From Candidatus Bathyarchaeota archaeon (lineage in GTDB: Archaea; Thermoproteota; Bathyarchaeia; 40CM-2-53-6): a DNA stretch of 64,000 nt. Location: the NCBI GenBank assembly GCA_963706285.1, contig CAVPLU010000004.1:352001-416000 (forward strand), given 5' to 3'. This document shows positions 59,548-64,000 of the stretch, one piece after another (the first letter of the stretch is position 1; each line of letters opens with the position of its first letter). The position numbers and the translations under genes were made by a program. The notes below the pieces were generated by a model that worked only from the letters and a program-made list of their open reading frames with translations, had not been told where the DNA came from and made no database searches.

Positions 59548-60546
59548 TCAGCTCGAACGCTTCTGTGAAGGGACCAAGGCTAAGTGAGCGATCAGGGAGG
59601 ACAGCTGAACTTCTTCGTCTGCGCCCTGGATCAGTCTGTAGTCTATCTCGCCTACGATATCGATCAGCTCGATCTTACTTTTCTCGGGGATCGGCATTCG
59701 AAGTATCTCCGAATGGATTTGCTTCAAGATGTCTTTGCCCGACAATCCTTGCTGGATCAGCAGCGTTCTGAGTCTTTCTCTTGCTTTGATGAAATCTCCT
59801 TTCGTTGCGATTTCAAGAAGTTCTTGAACGTCTCCTGGCTTGGCTTTGCCGACAACCTCGTAGATCACTTTCTCGTCGATGGGTTTTCCTAGTGAGGAGG
59901 CTCCTTGGAGGGTATTGATGGCCTTCCTCAAGTCACCTTCAGAAGCGCTAGTCAGAGCCCGCAGTCCATGTTCGGTCAAGTGAACATGTTCTTTTTCGGC
60001 CACTGTCTTCACGTAGGCGGCAACATCTTCCTCGTTCAGAGGAATGAATCTGAAGATGGCGCATCTGGACTGGATAGGTTCGATTATCTTACCAGAATAG
60101 TTGCAGCTCAGGACGAAGCGACATGTGTCCGTGTAGCGTTCCATCGTACGTCTAAGTGCATGCTGAGCGTCCCCGGTCATGTTGTCTGCTTCGTCAAGCA
60201 CTAGAATCTTGAAGGGGACCTCGCTAATTGTGGCGATCCTTGCAAACTCTTTGACTGTGGTTCTGATCACGTCTATGCCTCGTGCGTCACTTGCATTCAG
60301 TTCCATAAACGCGTCCATGAACCTCTCCCCAAACAGATCGTGGGCCAAACACAGCGCCGCGGTCGTCTTTCCACTCCCAGGAGGGCCGGCAAAAAGACAG
60401 TGAGGCATAGCCTTCGTTTCAGCAAACCGTTTCAGGCGGTTGATCACGTCAGTTTGATTCCGCATCTCAGAGAGTGTTGCCGGCCGATACTTCTCCGACC
60501 ACATCGCGCTTTCCATACGGAACACCAAACACTCACCATGTTTCAA
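59548..60546 (-). CDS. rfcS: Replication factor C small subunit
   Basis: WSEKYRP, GPPGSGKT, ELNASD, DEAD, QSRC. Confidence 0.96.
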   Translation of the reverse strand: MKHGECLVFRMESAMWSEKYRPATLSEMRNQTDVINRLKRFAETKAMPHCLFAGPPGSGKTTAALCLAHDLFGERFMDAFMELNASDARGIDVIRTTVKEFARIATISEVPFKILVLDEADNMTGDAQHALRRTMERYTDTCRFVLSCNYSGKIIEPIQSRCAIFRFIPLNEEDVAAYVKTVAEKEHVHLTEHGLRALTSASEGDLRKAINTLQGASSLGKPIDEKVIYEVVGKAKPGDVQELLEIATKGDFIKARERLRTLLIQQGLSGKDILKQIHSEILRMPIPEKSKIELIDIVGEIDYRLIQGADEEVQLSSLIAHLALVPSQKRSS

Positions 60547-60696
60547 CGGAACGAAGGCAGATGCTTATGCAGGCCACGACGCCTAAAAAAGGATGGGATG
60601 CCCCATACTGTCTCAGCGTAAGCCATTTTCACTTGCCTCTCATGAGGAAGAACTTATGTGCAAATTCCCCATCTTCGCAGTGACGGAGAGGAATTC

Positions 60697-61254
60697 TTGG
60701 ACTTAGCGTCCTCAGTGGCGGATGTCGACTTCGACTTCCAGAACCTACCGGTAAGAATAGTCCTAACGCGTGAAATCCCATTCTCTCATCCTGCGACTGA
60801 GCGACTACAGTCTGTGAAGATTGGTCAAGACGCTGAGGTTCCATACTGGGTAGCTGATGAACTGGTCAGCGGAGGCTTTGCCAAGTATCTCGAGGAGGAC
60901 ATTTTGGATCTTTCCAAACTCTCAAAGACTCATTGGAAGGAAACGATTCCTACCTCGACACAGTTGCCATCACTGCAAGCGGACTTCTATTGCATGCTTA
61001 GACGCTTCCTTGCAAGACTGATGGCTGAAGGGAAGCAGGATCCATCCAAGCTGAGAGATTATGAGAAGGCCGAGAATCTCTCTCGTGACGTGGTCAACTG
61101 CAGGCTTCGAAAGATTGCGTCTTTTGCCGCTGCGCTCGGTCCTTCCAGCGACCTTCTCAAGAACATGACCTCTGAGGAACAGGCTCTGTACAAGCAGCTC
61201 AGAGTCACCATAGGTGAATGGAAATCCTCCTTACTAGAAGGTGAGCCTCCGTGA
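60697..61254 (+). CDS. GINS subunit (Gins23-type)
   Basis: EVPYWVA B-domain before the helical domain (RLRKI, MTSEE); overlaps the mcm start. Confidence 0.85.
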   Translation: MDLASSVADVDFDFQNLPVRIVLTREIPFSHPATERLQSVKIGQDAEVPYWVADELVSGGFAKYLEEDILDLSKLSKTHWKETIPTSTQLPSLQADFYCMLRRFLARLMAEGKQDPSKLRDYEKAENLSRDVVNCRLRKIASFAAALGPSSDLLKNMTSEEQALYKQLRVTIGEWKSSLLEGEPP

Positions 61255-63296
61255 CTGTTCTTACAGGGCCCGAAGAGAGATTCCAAGAATTCCTCCGAAC
61301 ATTTCAGCCTGAGAAAGGCGAATACAAGTACAGGAAGAGGCTCGGCCAGCTTCGGAATCTCAGTCAACACTATATCGTGGTAGATTTCGAAGATCTCTTG
61401 GCATATGACCAAGAGCTCGCAAAACTGCTAGTGGACAAACCCGACGAGTACCTGCCATACATTGAGCGGTCAGGCTGGGCACAACTCAAGATCGAAGATC
61501 CAGAATACGCAGAGATGATCAAGAAGATTAGAGTGCGCTTCAGAAAACTTCCTGAACGCTACTCTCTTCGAAAAGTAGGACAAGCACAGCTAAGTAAGCT
61601 TCTCCTTGTCGATGGGATCATAGTACGTGCGACTCCAGTTAGGCCGCTTGTGACACGAGCCGCGTTCCAGTGTAGGAAATGCAATTCGTTCACTTTCGTG
61701 GAACAGTCTGGTCTCGTGATGCGTGAGCCCGAACTGTGCGGGCGATGTCGTTCGAAGCTTCTCGATTTTGCTGAGAAGCAGTCCACCTTCATCAACTCGC
61801 AAGAGCTTCGAATGCAGGAACGCCCAGAAGACCTCCCGCCAGGGCAACTGCCTAGAGCAATCGACGTGAAACTCTTCGAGGACCTTGTTGATGTGGCGAG
61901 GCCAGGTGACAGAATCTCACTAACAGGAATCGTCAGGGCACAACAAGAAGTGCTAAGCCGCGGAACACGCCTTCGTACGTTTGACCTTTTTCTGGACGCG
62001 AACTTTCTTGACATATCCGGAAAGGAAACGGAAATCGTTGAAATAACAGTCGAAGAAGAGGCTCAGATCCTTGAGATGGCGAAGGATCCCTGGATCCACA
62101 GAAAGCTCCTGTCATCACTTGCCCCATCAATCTACGGGTACGATGCCATCAAAGAAGCAATTCTGTACCTGCTGTTCGGCGCGGTCCACAAGACGCTCCC
62201 AGATGGAGTCACGATCAGAGGAGACGTGAACGTGCTCCTCATCGGAGATCCTGGCACAGCAAAGAGTCAATTGCTCCAGTACGTGGCACGTGTCGCCCCA
62301 AGAGGCCTATACACGAGCGGAAGAGGCTCCACCGCAGCAGGGTTGACAGCAGCCGTCGTACGAGAGAAATCAGGGGGCTTAGTTCTGGAGGCAGGTGCGC
62401 TCGTCCTCGCAGACAAGGGTGTCTGCTCGATAGATGAGATCGACAAGATGAGGCCTGACGATCGAGTCGCGATTCACGAAGCGATGGAACAGCAGACCGT
62501 CAGCATCGCAAAGGGAGGCATCGTGGCGACGCTGAACGCCAGAGCATCCGTCCTCGCCGCAGCGAACCCGGCGCTTGGAAGATATGAACCCTACAAGAAC
62601 ATCACTGAAAACATCAACCTTCCCGTTACGATACTTTCCAGGTTCGATTTGATCTTCATAATGAGAGACGCTCCGGACACTGAAGTTGACACTAAGATGT
62701 CGGAGCACATTCTCATTCTGCATAGAGTGGGGGCACCACCTCAAGAGGTACCGCTGACCCCGCAAATGTTCAGAAAATACGTCAGCTACGCTCGAGGAAT
62801 ATTTCCCGCCCTTACCGAGGAGGCCTCGAATGCTCTCAGAGATTTCTACCTTAGAATGCGTTCGACATCAACCACCGCGGACTCGCCGATCGCCATCACT
62901 CCACGTCAGTTGGAAGCATTGGTCAGGTTGTCGGAATGTCGAGCTCGCTCATTTCTGAGAGACAAGGTCACAGTGGAGGACACGGATGCAATTATCAGAC
63001 TCATGACGATCTCGCTACAACATGTCGGAATCGACACGAGCACAGGTAAGGTCGACATTGATGTGATAATGACTGGGAAACCCAAGAGCCTGCGCGACAG
63101 AATGCAGACAATTCTCAGCACAGTAGCTGTCATGGAACGCGAAACTGGAACCGTTCAAGAGTCTAAGCTCTACGAGGAACTGTCGAAGACAGCAGGACTC
63201 TCCGAAGGCGAGGCCCAGACCTTAGTCAACCAACTCATCAGAGACGGAATTCTATACTCGCCTAAGCCCGGTCAGCTGAAGCGCACGGCCGCCTGA
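61251..63296 (+). CDS. mcm: MCM replicative helicase
   Basis: C4 Zn motif, GDPGTAKSQ, IDEIDKM, SRFD; no intein. Confidence 0.97.
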   Translation: MTVLTGPEERFQEFLRTFQPEKGEYKYRKRLGQLRNLSQHYIVVDFEDLLAYDQELAKLLVDKPDEYLPYIERSGWAQLKIEDPEYAEMIKKIRVRFRKLPERYSLRKVGQAQLSKLLLVDGIIVRATPVRPLVTRAAFQCRKCNSFTFVEQSGLVMREPELCGRCRSKLLDFAEKQSTFINSQELRMQERPEDLPPGQLPRAIDVKLFEDLVDVARPGDRISLTGIVRAQQEVLSRGTRLRTFDLFLDANFLDISGKETEIVEITVEEEAQILEMAKDPWIHRKLLSSLAPSIYGYDAIKEAILYLLFGAVHKTLPDGVTIRGDVNVLLIGDPGTAKSQLLQYVARVAPRGLYTSGRGSTAAGLTAAVVREKSGGLVLEAGALVLADKGVCSIDEIDKMRPDDRVAIHEAMEQQTVSIAKGGIVATLNARASVLAAANPALGRYEPYKNITENINLPVTILSRFDLIFIMRDAPDTEVDTKMSEHILILHRVGAPPQEVPLTPQMFRKYVSYARGIFPALTEEASNALRDFYLRMRSTSTTADSPIAITPRQLEALVRLSECRARSFLRDKVTVEDTDAIIRLMTISLQHVGIDTSTGKVDIDVIMTGKPKSLRDRMQTILSTVAVMERETGTVQESKLYEELSKTAGLSEGEAQTLVNQLIRDGILYSPKPGQLKRTAA

Positions 63297-63315
63297 AATA
63301 GGAAGCCCGTATCAA

Positions 63316-64000
63316 TTGAGGATCGAAGAGCTACCAATCGCGGATCAGATCAAACGCGTCCTCACAGAGAAGGGCTATGATGAACTCTACCCGCCACAAG
63401 TTGACGCGATAGCCGCAGGCGTTCTGACTGGCAAGAACGTAGTCCTCGCTAGTCCAACAGCTTCGGGAAAAACGCTCGTAGCCGAGTTGGCTATTTTGAA
63501 GAAGATCACGGAAGGCAAAGGGAAAGCGCTATACTTGACTCCGCTTCGAGCACTTGCTAGCGAGAAATACGATGAATTCAAGAAGTACTCAGATCTCAAG
63601 AAACCTGACGGCCACAAAGTCAGGATAGCGATATCAAGCGGCGACTACGACGAGTCCGACGAACGCCTAGGAAACTACGACATAATAATCGCAACAAATG
63701 AGAAAGCAGACTCCCTTCTGCGTCACAAAGCGAAATGGATCTTAGATGTTGCGCTCATCGTTGCCGACGAAGTCCACCTACTCAACGAGGCTAAGAGGGG
63801 TCCAACCCTTGAAGTGGTCATAACACGGCTGAGGAAGCTAAACCCCAACATGCAACTGCTTGCACTCAGCGCCACAGTAAGAAACGCGGCGGAAGTGGCA
63901 GACTGGGTCGGAGCCTCAGCAATAACTACCGAGTGGAGGCCGGTCCCACTAAAAGAGGGCGTACACTGTCAAAACGAGATACATTTCAAGGATGGATCTT
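63316..64000 (+). CDS. hel308: Hel308/Hjm SF2 helicase (partial)
   Basis: Read by hand from TTG 63316: ELYPPQ, PTASGKT, PLRALASEK, DEVH, LSAT, WRPVPL. Confidence 0.93.
   Translation, partial: MRIEELPIADQIKRVLTEKGYDELYPPQVDAIAAGVLTGKNVVLASPTASGKTLVAELAILKKITEGKGKALYLTPLRALASEKYDEFKKYSDLKKPDGHKVRIAISSGDYDESDERLGNYDIIIATNEKADSLLRHKAKWILDVALIVADEVHLLNEAKRGPTLEVVITRLRKLNPNMQLLALSATVRNAAEVADWVGASAITTEWRPVPLKEGVHCQNEIHFKDGS

Overview
This is an archaeal chromosome segment from the TACK lineage, most likely Bathyarchaeia-like, judged from crenactin, eukaryote-type topoisomerase IB, a Cren7-like protein, Alba and a 16S-23S operon without tRNA-Ala. It holds a crenactin operon, a 16S-23S rRNA operon followed by RNase P RNA, and 8 tRNA genes. 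It also has an oxidative-stress/2-oxoacid:ferredoxin oxidoreductase block, a Tat/NosL-like metal-binding plus ABC cluster, a replication cluster (cdc6, rfcL, rfcS, GINS, mcm, hel308) and several decayed regions. The strongest signals are in RNA. All 8 tRNAs carry bulge-helix-bulge (BHB) introns: 16 in total, 11 at non-canonical sites. The initiator tRNA-Met has three introns, one inside the acceptor stem (71/72). That intron leaves a 5-nt last exon, apparently held by a leader-trailer helix. The 23S peptidyl-transferase centre has co-varying changes at near-invariant positions (A2062U with A2503U, C2452U with U2504C). The 16S gene has a 25-nt hairpin insertion that breaks the 926R primer site. 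Several single-base frameshifts may be assembly errors.
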